From the NCBI GenBank assembly GCA_026004875.1, contig BPJZ01000007.1:48226-112225 (forward strand): DNA of 64,000 bases, read 5' to 3'. The DNA is from Candidatus Poribacteria bacterium (GTDB lineage: Bacteria; Poribacteria; WGA-4E; GCA-2687025). Shown in pieces: positions 37,668-47,246 of the stretch (positions within the stretch are counted from its first letter, which is position 1; each line of letters starts with the position of its first letter). Below the pieces are notes generated by a model. The model was not told where the DNA came from and searched no databases. It saw only the letters and a list, made by a program, of their open reading frames with translations. The position numbers were made by a program, and so were the translations under genes.

Positions 37668-40600
37668 TCAGCTTCCTAGGGGCGAACCGGTGATCGCCGC
37701 CCGAGCCCGGAGCGCCGCGAAGGCCACATCGCCGCGCTCGTGGTCGAGCTTCGCCTCGACCGCCCCAAGCGCCGGAGCGGCCTTGGCGCCCAGCTCGCGA
37801 AGCGCGTTCAGGATAGCAATCTGGGTTCCGGCGCTCAACTCCACCCTTTGAAGGACGTCGGCCAGCTCCTGAACGGCCCCCAGCTTTCCTAGCGCGCCAG
37901 CAGCGTTGTTCCGAACCGCTTCGTCCCCGTCGTTCTCCAACGCCTCGCGAAGCGGCTCGATCGCTCGCGGATCGCCTAGCTCCCCGAGCGCCCAGGCGAC
38001 ATCCCGCCGCTCCTCGACGGTCTTCGCTTCCTTGAGCAGCGGCAACAACACGTCTACGAGCTCCGGATCGCCCGTGTAGGTCATCGAACGGACGGCATGA
38101 CGGCGAACGTGGTTGTCTCCGTGCTCGTTGAGGATCCGAAGCAGCACCTCAGAGGCCCGCTCGTCCTGGACCCGTCCAATAGGCAGGGGAACGTAACGAC
38201 GAAAGTGGATCGAATACCAGTCGTCCCAGACGCGATCTTCGAGAACCTCTAACAGTGAAGCGGGAAGCGAGAAGTTCGCTGCCGCTGCGTGCACCGTCTC
38301 CCAAAGGAGGTGATGCTCGTCAGAATTGACCATATCCACCCGCCGATCCTGCTCGGTCTGAAGCGAGGGAAGCAGGACGGGAACCGCTGCGGGGTCCTGA
38401 ACGCTTCCTAAGGCGCTGGCGGCAGCCCTTCGGAGGTCCTGGCTCTCGCCGGGGTTGGCAAAGGCGGCGCTCAGAAGCGGAACGGCCTCGCGGAGCTGGA
38501 GCGTACCGGCGGCGTTCGCGGCGGCAATCCGCATCGCGCCGATCTCGCGGCCGAGGAGGTCCACAGCGACCTGCTCCGCCTGCGCTCCTCCCAGTTGGGC
38601 GAGAGCGCTCAACGCAGCGGTGCGCACCGACTCTATTTGTAAGGGGTCTTTAGCGAGTCGGGCCAAAAGGGGCGCCGACTCGACATCCAGGAGCTTCCCG
38701 AGCGCCGCGGCGGCTTCGGCCCGAAGGGGCAAGTAGGAGGAGCTGAGCGCAGCCCGGAGGACCTCCCGTGCCTCCAACGCGCGAACCTCGCCCAGCGCCC
38801 AAGCACACGCTTCCCGAATCCGGTTCCACTCCGCCTCGTCGGTGAGCTTCTCCAAGAGCACTGGCACCGCCGACCGACGCTTGAGCCGCCCCAGCGCCAA
38901 GGCCGCCTCTCGCCGAACCACCGGGCTGGGGTCCTCCCGGAGGAGGCGGATCGCCGGCTCGACCCCCTGGGCCGCCCCGACAATGCCCAGGAGATAGATA
39001 CCAGCAGCTCGAACCCGCTCCTCTTCATGCTGAAGCGTCGTCAAGACCTGATCGGCGATCATCGAACCGTCCGTTTGGAGGGAGTAGCGTACTTGACCGA
39101 ACAGGTCTGCCGAGAGCTGTTGCTCTTCGTCTAGTCCCTCCCCCTTCAAGAGGGAGACCAAACCGGCGACGGCACGGTCGTATTTCGCCTCGCGCAGGCC
39201 CACAATCGCTAGCCGCCTGGAGGCCTCGTACTTGTCCTTTCGGATCGCCTCCAGGAGGGGCTCCACCACCTGTTCCGACTTGATCTTGCCCAAGGCCTCG
39301 GCGGCCTTGGCCCGAACGGAGCCGACTTCATCCTCGCGGAGCGCGCGGATGAGCGCCTCGGTCCCCTGCTTCAGCTCGCCGAGGCTAAAGGCCGCGGCCT
39401 CCCGAACCGCCGCCCGCTGGTCGTCCTCCAACACTTCGATCAGCAGAGGAACCGCGTCGGCGCCCCGAATCTTTCGGAGCGCATGGACCACTTCAGAGCG
39501 AACCAGGCTAGGAATCACCTTGACCTCGCGGAAGTTCCTGTAATCGGCCTCCCACCCAAGCTGAGCCCAGCGCTCGTTGAGGGTTTCCACATTCCCGTAA
39601 AGGTCCTTGAGGCGACGAAGGAAGTCCTTCTGTTCCTCTCGGCGAATTTTGAGGATCTCCTCCATCGCCGGGACGGCCTCCTGAGCGGCGCTCCCCAGCT
39701 CTCCAAGCGCCCAGGCGGCGTTCTTTCGGACCAGATCGGGCTCTTTTTCGTCTAGGAGGATCGCCCGCAGGGCCAGCGCAATTCCCTCCGGTTTGAGCTT
39801 ACCCAGGGCGAGGATCGCGTCGTTCCGGACGCTCTCCCGTTCCCGTCGGTCCTCGGCAATTGAAAGGATCCACTCAGAAAGCCGTCGGGTCTCCTGAGGG
39901 TACCGATTCCAGTCGGCGACGCGGGCCGTCGCGGCGATCAACGCCCGCCGGACGCGGGGGTCCTGAGAGCGGGGCGACTCCATCACCTGAACCAACGTCG
40001 GCAGAGCCCGCCGGGCCCGCATCGCTTCGACGGCCCCCAGGAGGGCCACCAGGACTTCAGCCTCCCGCTCGCGCTCTAGATGCCGAAGGATCGTGTCCAA
40101 GGAGCGCATCTCCGCGATCGCTTGGAGCGCCTGCGCCGCAACGGCGCGAATTCGCAGATCGTCTGCGCTCAACCGGCGCTCCAGAACGGGAAGGGCGTAC
40201 GCCCCCAGCGCCTGAAGGGCGGAGGCAGCTCCGCCACGGAGGTCCTCATCGTCCAAACTCTCGTCGAGAAGACGGATCAGCTCCTCACGCGCGGCGGTCT
40301 CCATGACGGTCGGCTCCCGGAGGTCCAAAAGGACCAAGATCGCTTCGTTCCGAAGGGCGATCCGTCGGGCTCTCTCCCGATCCTCAGTAACCTGTGCGAT
40401 GGCGGAAAGTTGAGCCGTCTGCCAACCGGAACGAACTAGCTCCAACGCAGGTCGGACAGCGGCAGTTCCCAGCCCGACCAGCACCTGATGGGCGCGCGAG
40501 ACGACAAAGCTCTGATCGTCGGCAAGCCGAAGCAACAGAACCGGGATCGCCTCGCCGACCAGCGCCGGGTGTCGCACCAACTGGACCCGAAGTTGATCGA

Positions 40601-41417
40601 TCGCCTGAGCCCGCACCTGACCGACTGGGACCACATAGGTCCCATCCGGATTCAACTGGAGCATCTCCAGCAGCGCTCGAACGGCTTCGGGATGGTTCGG
40701 AACGGAGAAGGCTAACGCCAACTCTTGAAGGACGGCGTACTCCGTTTCCTGTCCGATTCTAGCGCGCAGATGAGGAAGTGCCTCCGGCTGATACTCCGGT
40801 CGGGCCAGCCCACGGACCGCCGCGGCCCGAACGGTCGGGTCGGGGTCCTCCAGCAGGCGGACTAGCGGCTCAAAGGCCGCTTCGCCTAGGCTCTCGATCA
40901 AGGCCAACGCTTGGGACCGCGTCGTCGGATCGTCCGACTTCCAGCTCCGTACGGCGCATTCGACCACCAATGGGGCCGCTGAACGGAGCTCCTCCTGGGA
41001 CCGTCCGCTTAAAAAGGCAACCCAACGCTCAAACAACAGATCGTACTGATCTTTAAGGACCTGCAGCCGTCGAAGAGAACGATCGTCCAGCCCCTCGGTC
41101 CGTGCGCGGCGGTCCAGTTGGAGCATCGTCGCATTGGTTTGGCGGGAGGCCTCTAGGGCCAAGCGGAGCTCCTCCTTCCAGTTGGCCGTTGGAAGTTGAA
41201 ACGTCGCCGCGATCGCGTCGAGCAGGTCCTCCGGGTACCGCGTCGCCGATTGGATCGCCTCGGTGACCCGCTGGGGACGATTCTGCTTGAGCCCCACTCG
41301 AATGTCGTGGACTGTGGTGTCCTCGCCGGGGCCGCACCCGCTCATCATCACTAAAACCGTCACCCCCACCGCACCAATCAGACATAAAAAGAGAGAAGAT
41401 TGAAGACCTTTGCTCAT
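37668..41417 (-). CDS. giant HEAT/PBS-lyase-repeat lipoprotein
   Basis: Start at MSKGLQSSLFLCLIGAVGVTVLVMMSGC, a signal peptide with a lipobox. Dozens of about 30-aa repeats of the form AAxALGxIgdxxAvpxLlxlLxD across about 1250 aa. Confidence 0.7.
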   Translation of the reverse strand: MSKGLQSSLFLCLIGAVGVTVLVMMSGCGPGEDTTVHDIRVGLKQNRPQRVTEAIQSATRYPEDLLDAIAATFQLPTANWKEELRLALEASRQTNATMLQLDRRARTEGLDDRSLRRLQVLKDQYDLLFERWVAFLSGRSQEELRSAAPLVVECAVRSWKSDDPTTRSQALALIESLGEAAFEPLVRLLEDPDPTVRAAAVRGLARPEYQPEALPHLRARIGQETEYAVLQELALAFSVPNHPEAVRALLEMLQLNPDGTYVVPVGQVRAQAIDQLRVQLVRHPALVGEAIPVLLLRLADDQSFVVSRAHQVLVGLGTAAVRPALELVRSGWQTAQLSAIAQVTEDRERARRIALRNEAILVLLDLREPTVMETAAREELIRLLDESLDDEDLRGGAASALQALGAYALPVLERRLSADDLRIRAVAAQALQAIAEMRSLDTILRHLEREREAEVLVALLGAVEAMRARRALPTLVQVMESPRSQDPRVRRALIAATARVADWNRYPQETRRLSEWILSIAEDRRERESVRNDAILALGKLKPEGIALALRAILLDEKEPDLVRKNAAWALGELGSAAQEAVPAMEEILKIRREEQKDFLRRLKDLYGNVETLNERWAQLGWEADYRNFREVKVIPSLVRSEVVHALRKIRGADAVPLLIEVLEDDQRAAVREAAAFSLGELKQGTEALIRALREDEVGSVRAKAAEALGKIKSEQVVEPLLEAIRKDKYEASRRLAIVGLREAKYDRAVAGLVSLLKGEGLDEEQQLSADLFGQVRYSLQTDGSMIADQVLTTLQHEEERVRAAGIYLLGIVGAAQGVEPAIRLLREDPSPVVRREAALALGRLKRRSAVPVLLEKLTDEAEWNRIREACAWALGEVRALEAREVLRAALSSSYLPLRAEAAAALGKLLDVESAPLLARLAKDPLQIESVRTAALSALAQLGGAQAEQVAVDLLGREIGAMRIAAANAAGTLQLREAVPLLSAAFANPGESQDLRRAAASALGSVQDPAAVPVLLPSLQTEQDRRVDMVNSDEHHLLWETVHAAAANFSLPASLLEVLEDRVWDDWYSIHFRRYVPLPIGRVQDERASEVLLRILNEHGDNHVRRHAVRSMTYTGDPELVDVLLPLLKEAKTVEERRDVAWALGELGDPRAIEPLREALENDGDEAVRNNAAGALGKLGAVQELADVLQRVELSAGTQIAILNALRELGAKAAPALGAVEAKLDHERGDVAFAALRARAAITGSPLGS

Positions 41418-41586
41418 CCGTGCCGTATCCTCTCGATCCGAGGGCCCCTCTCCGGCGTCCTGCAAACTCCGATGTCAGGCCACAAAAATTCCCCCGTATT
41501 ATAGTCACCCCCCGACCGTAGAACAACCGCCTAGCGCACGCTGGAAGGCCGCGAGAGGAGAAAACAAAAATCCTCCCTCAAGGACT

Positions 41587-41615
41587 TCTCCAGCCTCCAA
41601 GCAAGGGGTTATAAT
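41587..41615 (+). promoter_or_regulatory. promoter of ssrA
   Basis: Perfect TATAAT at 41610-41615, about 20 nt upstream of the mature tmRNA 5' end. The -35 is weak. Confidence 0.4.
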
Positions 41616-41635
41616 TTAAAAGCAGACTGATCCGT

Positions 41636-41997
41636 GGGGGCGTCACGGTTTCGACGGAAGCGGTCGGCCGAGTAAGGTTGCATGCCGAGGTTCCACCTGG
41701 CCTCGTAAAAAAGGTGGGCACTCAAGAAGTGCGAACGAAGAACTCGCTCTCGCTGCGTAATTAACCGCAGCGCGCTCCCCGCGACGCGAGCCTGACGCGT
41801 CCGGTGTGAGCGGCGACCTTTCAGGCTGGCGACGTCTCGACCGCCCCGATCGAGCGTCGCGAGAACCTTTCGGGGCTGGTCGGCGCATTCCCTGCCCGTG
41901 GGGACGGCGTCGGCGAGACTCTAAACACGGGAAAAGCATGTAGGAGCCTTCTTGGCGACGCTTCCGGACGCGAGTTCGACTCTCGCCGCCTCCACCA
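41636..41997 (+). ncRNA. ssrA: transfer-messenger RNA (tmRNA, SsrA)
   Basis: 5' GGGGGCG pairs with the 3' CGCCUCC-A-CCA acceptor stem and includes a G3:U wobble. T-arm GAGTTCGACTCTCG. Internal tag reading frame GCG AAC GAA GAA CTC GCT CTC GCT GCG TAA gives ANEELALAA. A T-run follows the CCA end. Confidence 0.9.
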
Positions 41998-42047
41998 TTT
42001 TTGTGCTCGAGCCTTCGCCCGGATCCGACCGGAAAGGAGCCGCTCCG

Positions 42048-42539
42048 ATGTCCACCCTCACCCTCCGATGGCGACGGCTGCTCCCCAATCACTCTGAAAC
42101 CTGTCCCCGCTGCTCTGCAACCGAACGTCATCTCAACCGCGCCGTCGATCTGCTAAAAAGAGCGCTCTCCCCCTTGGGCGTCTCCGTGCGCGTTTACAAA
42201 GAGGCGCTTTCCCTAGAGGAATTCCGGAGAAACCCTTTGGAGTCCAACCGTCTTTGGATTCAGGAGCGACCGTTGGAGGAGTGGATCGGCGCTCGCGTTG
42301 GAGAAAGCGAATGCTGCGATATCTGTGCTCCGGAGGCCTGTCGGACGATCGTATGGGGCGGAATCGCCTACTCGGAAATCCCCACGGAGCTGATCCTCCG
42401 CGCTGGACTTCTTGCCGCCGCGCATCTCTTTGGCACCGCTCCCGCAGAGCCAGAACCGACCGGTGCTGAAGCCTGCTGCCCGGCAGAGACGTTCTGTTGC
42501 TCAGAGGAGCCCCAGGAGTGCTGCCCCGTCCGCTGTTAA
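42048..42539 (+). CDS. small Cys-rich protein of unknown function (thioredoxin-like or DUF2703-like suspected)
   Basis: ATG 8 nt after GGAAAGGAG. CPRC near the N-terminus, CCDIC in the middle, and CCPAETFCCSEEPQECCPVRC at the C-terminus. Confidence 0.5.
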   Translation: MSTLTLRWRRLLPNHSETCPRCSATERHLNRAVDLLKRALSPLGVSVRVYKEALSLEEFRRNPLESNRLWIQERPLEEWIGARVGESECCDICAPEACRTIVWGGIAYSEIPTELILRAGLLAAAHLFGTAPAEPEPTGAEACCPAETFCCSEEPQECCPVRC

Positions 42540-42635
42540 CTTCCGTCCAGGGGAGCGGGGGGAGGCCTCCACATCGGAAGGCTACCCCGCCCTTTCAGTC
42601 GAAAGCAGTCCCTGCTTTACAACCGGGAGCTCCGC

Positions 42636-43454
42636 TCAGTTAACCGGGACAAAATTCACCAACAGGAACGTATAGGCGTCCTCCTGGGCGTCGTAGGTAG
42701 CGAGAAAGCGGGTTGGATAGAGCGTATTCCGTCCGACCGTCGCAGGAACGGGGATCTCCATTGAGAAATCGCCTCGTTCCAGGAGGACGTCGCGAGCGAT
42801 CATCGGCTCAATAAAGAGGAACTTCCCTCCGTACGCGCCCAGGATCATCGTCTCGGTGAAGGGTGCCGGACTCTCCGGATGGAGCTCCGGCGAAGTGCTG
42901 TCCACGGCGTGGATGCCCATCCCCGGCACGCATCCCCCGTCCGGCGGCGGCCCAGGGGGATCGGCCACATGGTTTTCTGGGAGCATCTCCTCCGGGAACG
43001 GCGTCATGTCGGAGCAGTCAATCGCCGCCACCTCCGCCTCCGGAACAGAATAATAGTGAAAATCAAAGTGAGGAACCGTGTAGACCCCCATTGGCGGATG
43101 ACCAGCAGGATTGTATCCCACTTCGATGAAGTTGATCAGCGTCGTCTGCTGAACCAACTCCGGCACCTCTAAGTGGAGGACGATCTCTTCGCCAGGAGGC
43201 GTTGTCGGATCGAACTCCGCAACCGGAGCCGCCTCCACGGCAGCCATCGGAAGCCGAAACCCGATCTCCGTAACGGCACCGTTCTCGTCCACCCTGGCCC
43301 AAGAGGTCAGCGTCGCCCCCAGTAAATTCCCTTCCTCACCGGAGAGAATCCCTCCGGACTCCTCGATCGGCTCTTCCTCGGAGCAGCCGGCTCCTCCCAG
43401 CAGGACGACGCCCAACAGGACAGCCCCGATCCACGAGACACGGACACAGTCCAT
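42636..43454 (-). CDS. hypothetical lipoprotein
   Basis: Signal peptide with the lipobox LLGGAGCS. Proline-rich secreted domain. Confidence 0.5.
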   Translation of the reverse strand: MDCVRVSWIGAVLLGVVLLGGAGCSEEEPIEESGGILSGEEGNLLGATLTSWARVDENGAVTEIGFRLPMAAVEAAPVAEFDPTTPPGEEIVLHLEVPELVQQTTLINFIEVGYNPAGHPPMGVYTVPHFDFHYYSVPEAEVAAIDCSDMTPFPEEMLPENHVADPPGPPPDGGCVPGMGIHAVDSTSPELHPESPAPFTETMILGAYGGKFLFIEPMIARDVLLERGDFSMEIPVPATVGRNTLYPTRFLATYDAQEDAYTFLLVNFVPVN

Positions 43455-43646
43455 CGCTTGTTCCTTTCTCATCATTTACCCAACGGGGTTGTCCCACTGG
43501 GCAGGTATAAGACCGAACACTGGAAGCTCGGCCCAATAATAGGGGAGTCTACCTTGCCCGGGAGGTGGTTACAAACAGCAATCGAGAAAATCGCCAACCC
43601 CCGCAGTTCCTCAGCAGGGAGAAGCACAACGCCGGTCCGCCAACGG

Positions 43647-45779
43647 TCAACCCGGCAGCTCGAACGTCTCCCGAAGCCCCTTCACACAAGAGGGTCCAAC
43701 CCAGAGATGAAAGACCCCCGGCTCCAGGCGAAAGGCACCCTCGTTATCGTAGAACCCCAACTGCTCTGGGCGGAGCTCAAAGCGGACGATCTCAGAAGCG
43801 TCCGGCTCTAAGCGGACACGTCGGAAGGCCTTCAGCTCGCGGACCGGCCGGGTCAAGCTTCCCACCAGATCGCGGATGTAGAGCTGAACGACCTCCGTCC
43901 CGGCTCTGCTGCCAACGTTGCGAACCTTTACCTGGACAATCAACGGCTCATCGCCGGAAAGCCGCTTTGTGGAGAGATGGAGGTCCGAGTACTCAAAGCG
44001 GGTGTAGGAAAGACCGTAACCAAAGGGGAAAAGTGGCGTCGGGTCTACGTCCAGGTATCCGCTGAAGAACCCGACCGGATCCAGCGGCGTCCCGGTCGGG
44101 ATCGGCGGAGCGTCGGGCCGTGGCGGGCGGCCGGTGTTCTTATGGGCGTAATAGATGGGGAGCTGCCCCACAGCACGGGGAAAGGTAATCGGGAGCCTCC
44201 CGGAAGGGGACTCATGCCCAAAGAGAAGGTCTACGATCGCCGGACCGCCCATCGTTCCTGGGTGCCAGGCATAAAGGCAGGCGTCCAGCAGTTCGATCAT
44301 GCCGCTCAGCACCAGCGGGCGCCCGGCCAGAACGATCCCGATCAGCGGCTTTCCGACCTCGCGGAGCGTTCGGACCAGCTCGGCTTGAGCGCCGGGAAGA
44401 TCCAAAAAGGCCCGACAGTGTGCCTCGCCGCTGAGCACCGCCTCTTCGCCGAGGAAGACCAGCCCCACGTCGGCGGCCTCTAACGCAGCGAGCGCATCCT
44501 GAAACCCCCGCCGATCGGTCGAACGGCTGGTCTCCAGACCGGGAGCGTAGAGCACTTCCTGCCCTGGACCCAACGCCGAGCGGAGGGCCGCCAGCGGGGT
44601 GATCACCTCCTCGGCACGCCCGTCCATTACCCAACAACCCATCTGATCTTCTGGCGCGTCGGCCAACGGACCCAGCACGGCGATCCGCCGAACCTCCGAG
44701 CCCAGCGGAAGCAGCTCCCCGTCGTTTTTCAGCAGAACGCAGCTCTCCCGCGCCAGCTGCCGAGCCGTTTCGCGATGAGCCTCCGTTAGAACGACCCGAC
44801 GGTGCTCCTCAGGGTCCACATAAGGGCTCTCGAACAGCCCAAGAGCCTCCTTGACCTGAAGGATGCGACGGACGGCGTCATCCACCAGTTCAGCCGGGAT
44901 TAGACCGTTGCGGATTAACGCTTCCAGGTGATCCCGAAACGTCGTGCTGACCATTTCCATATGAACGCCCGCCTGAACGGCAAGCCGCGCCGCCTCAGCC
45001 TCGTCAGCAGCAAAGCCGTGAACGACCATCTCGGCGACCGAGCTCCAGTCGCTGACGACAAAGCCGGAGAAGCCCCACTCCCCTTGAAGGATCTCCCGGA
45101 GCGTATGGACGTTTCCCGTGGCGGGGACGCCGTTGATCTCGTTGAAGGCGCTCATCACTGTGAGCGCCCCCGCCTCAACGCAGGCTCGAAAGGGGGGAAG
45201 ATAGACGTTCCGGAGCAGGCTTTCGGGAATCCAGGTGGTGTTGTAATCCCGTCCGCCTTCAGCGGCGCCGTATCCGCAGTAGTGCTTCGCACAGGCGGCG
45301 ACCCCCGCCGACTGGAAGCCCCGAACCATGGCTGCACCCATGGCGGCGGTCAGGACAGGGTCCTCCCCGCCCCCTTCGGCGACGCGCCCCCATCGAGGCT
45401 CGCGGGTCACGTCCACCATCGGGGCGAAGGTCCAATTCACGCCAAAGGCACGCGCCTCCCGCGCGGCGATCCGAGCGGCCTCCTCGACCAGCTCCGGATC
45501 CCAGGAGGCCGCCTGCCCTAGAGGGATCGGAAACACCGTCCGGAAGCCGTGAATTACGTCCCGTCCTAGGAGAAGGGGGATGCCTAACCGGCTCTCCTCG
45601 ACGGCCTGGCGCTGGAGGGCGTTCGCCCGCTCCGGCTCCACGACGTTCAGGAACGACCCCACGCCCCCGGAGCGGACTAGATCGCCAAAATCCCCCGACG
45701 CGCCGTGCACCTGGCACATCTGCCCGATCTTTTCGGCCAAGCTCATCTGACCGAGCAACCGCTCGATGCGCTCCGACAT
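43647..45779 (-). CDS. glycoside hydrolase family 3 beta-glucosidase (BglX-like)
   Basis: N-terminal LLGQMSLAEKIGQM, GH3 catalytic region including GFVVSDW, and a C-terminal fibronectin-like domain. Confidence 0.85.
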   Translation of the reverse strand: MSERIERLLGQMSLAEKIGQMCQVHGASGDFGDLVRSGGVGSFLNVVEPERANALQRQAVEESRLGIPLLLGRDVIHGFRTVFPIPLGQAASWDPELVEEAARIAAREARAFGVNWTFAPMVDVTREPRWGRVAEGGGEDPVLTAAMGAAMVRGFQSAGVAACAKHYCGYGAAEGGRDYNTTWIPESLLRNVYLPPFRACVEAGALTVMSAFNEINGVPATGNVHTLREILQGEWGFSGFVVSDWSSVAEMVVHGFAADEAEAARLAVQAGVHMEMVSTTFRDHLEALIRNGLIPAELVDDAVRRILQVKEALGLFESPYVDPEEHRRVVLTEAHRETARQLARESCVLLKNDGELLPLGSEVRRIAVLGPLADAPEDQMGCWVMDGRAEEVITPLAALRSALGPGQEVLYAPGLETSRSTDRRGFQDALAALEAADVGLVFLGEEAVLSGEAHCRAFLDLPGAQAELVRTLREVGKPLIGIVLAGRPLVLSGMIELLDACLYAWHPGTMGGPAIVDLLFGHESPSGRLPITFPRAVGQLPIYYAHKNTGRPPRPDAPPIPTGTPLDPVGFFSGYLDVDPTPLFPFGYGLSYTRFEYSDLHLSTKRLSGDEPLIVQVKVRNVGSRAGTEVVQLYIRDLVGSLTRPVRELKAFRRVRLEPDASEIVRFELRPEQLGFYDNEGAFRLEPGVFHLWVGPSCVKGLRETFELPG

Positions 45780-45843
45780 GCGACGCCTCCTCCGCAATCG
45801 GGCCCGATTCACGTTACGCTTCTCACGCGATGTCTTTTAAGGA

Positions 45844-47157
45844 TTAGCGCATCGGTGGGGCGATGTGAACCTGAGTGGAGAGCGGACAACGCATCTCGTC
45901 TATAGCGAACTCCAGCTCCCCGAAGGCCGCCACATACGCCCCCTCCTGACGGGGCACGACGGCCCGGAAGCTGGCTTCGCTCGGCTCCATCGGTCGCTCC
46001 TCCCATCGAGCGTCCCGGAAGTCTCGATCCTCACTGGTCGCCACCCACAGGCGAGCGGCCACCGGCTCGGGCGTTGTTGAGACCTCAAGGGTGATCCTGT
46101 CCTCTGCCTCCGAGAACCTCCAGTCCAGCTTCGGCAGCGGCGTCCTTGAGGCGACAAAGCGGAAGTACCCTCCCAGACCGGCGGTTGCCCGCTTACGATC
46201 CTCCAGGCCGTGGCCGGAGTTGGGAACATAAAGGATGTGCTTTGGCTCCGGCAGGTCGTCCCAATAGAGGTTCAGAGCGTCCAGAACCCAGTAGTCATCG
46301 TTGGTGCCGATGACGATCAGCTTGGGCATCGTGTAGCGCTCCCGATAGGTGTAAGGGTCCACCATCCGGACCGCCTCGGCCACCTCGGGGATGTTCAACC
46401 GCTGAGGGATGTTCCGCTTCGTATAGTCCTCAATCTGCTTGCTGTATTCGCCCCAGACCTCCAGCTGATGGGCCATCTGGACAGGAATGTTCAGCATGTC
46501 GATCACCATCGGAGCGGTCGCCGCGACTCGCGGGTCCACCGCTGCGGTCAACCAACTGGTCCACCCGCGCTTGGAACCGCCGGAGACGACGAACCGCTCG
46601 ATCCTTCGGCCCAGCCGCTGGTCGGAGAACTCCTGAACGGCGTCCATCGCCCGAACGGCGCTCTTGGTCATCGGGAACAACAGCGGCCAGGTGTCGTCCT
46701 TCGTCTCTAGGTACCGCTCCAGCGTGTGGGCGATCAGGTCGTCCTCCTTTCGACCGCCAAAGAGCGGCTGATTGGGAACCTGCGCCAGGATCGCCACGAC
46801 CGAGCCGGTCGCCTGAGAGAGCTGATAGGCGAACATCAGATCGCCCGCGTCCAACCGGCTGTTCGTGCTCCCGCCGACGATGAAGAGCAGCGCAGTGTCG
46901 GTGTAACGCGGCTGCGCCGGAGCATAAACGCCAAGAATATGAGACCACTCAATCCCTTGCCAGGTCTGAGAGTATAGACGAAGCTCGTAGATCCGGTCGC
47001 CCTGATATTCCAGCTCGTTCCGGACCTCCCAGCGGTAGGTGTCGTCCGGCGCCTGAACGTACTCGAAGAGCCCAGCCCAAGCACTGCTTAGGAGGCCGAC
47101 CAGAATCAGGGCATGACCCGCCCAGCAGACCATACGCGCAATTCCAGATCCAACCAT
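45844..47157 (-). CDS. PqaA-like (PhoPQ-activated pathogenicity-related family) secreted alpha/beta-hydrolase-like protein
   Basis: Signal peptide, SGGSKRGWTSWLTAA block, family-typical length. ATG 47157 follows AAAGGAG. Confidence 0.55.
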   Translation of the reverse strand: MVGSGIARMVCWAGHALILVGLLSSAWAGLFEYVQAPDDTYRWEVRNELEYQGDRIYELRLYSQTWQGIEWSHILGVYAPAQPRYTDTALLFIVGGSTNSRLDAGDLMFAYQLSQATGSVVAILAQVPNQPLFGGRKEDDLIAHTLERYLETKDDTWPLLFPMTKSAVRAMDAVQEFSDQRLGRRIERFVVSGGSKRGWTSWLTAAVDPRVAATAPMVIDMLNIPVQMAHQLEVWGEYSKQIEDYTKRNIPQRLNIPEVAEAVRMVDPYTYRERYTMPKLIVIGTNDDYWVLDALNLYWDDLPEPKHILYVPNSGHGLEDRKRATAGLGGYFRFVASRTPLPKLDWRFSEAEDRITLEVSTTPEPVAARLWVATSEDRDFRDARWEERPMEPSEASFRAVVPRQEGAYVAAFGELEFAIDEMRCPLSTQVHIAPPMR

Positions 47158-47246
47158 CGCCTCTTCTCCTTTGGGAAAGTTGACACTACTGTCATAGTTA
47201 TGCACGCTCCCCTGAAAGAGCACAAGTCAAAAAAGGAGCCAAAACG

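Noticed and set aside
41643-42131. 162-aa minus-strand ORF, and the first 32 codons of plus ORF 41952-42539
   Set aside because: They overlap the tmRNA gene. The tmRNA structure explains the region, and the real downstream CDS starts at 42048.
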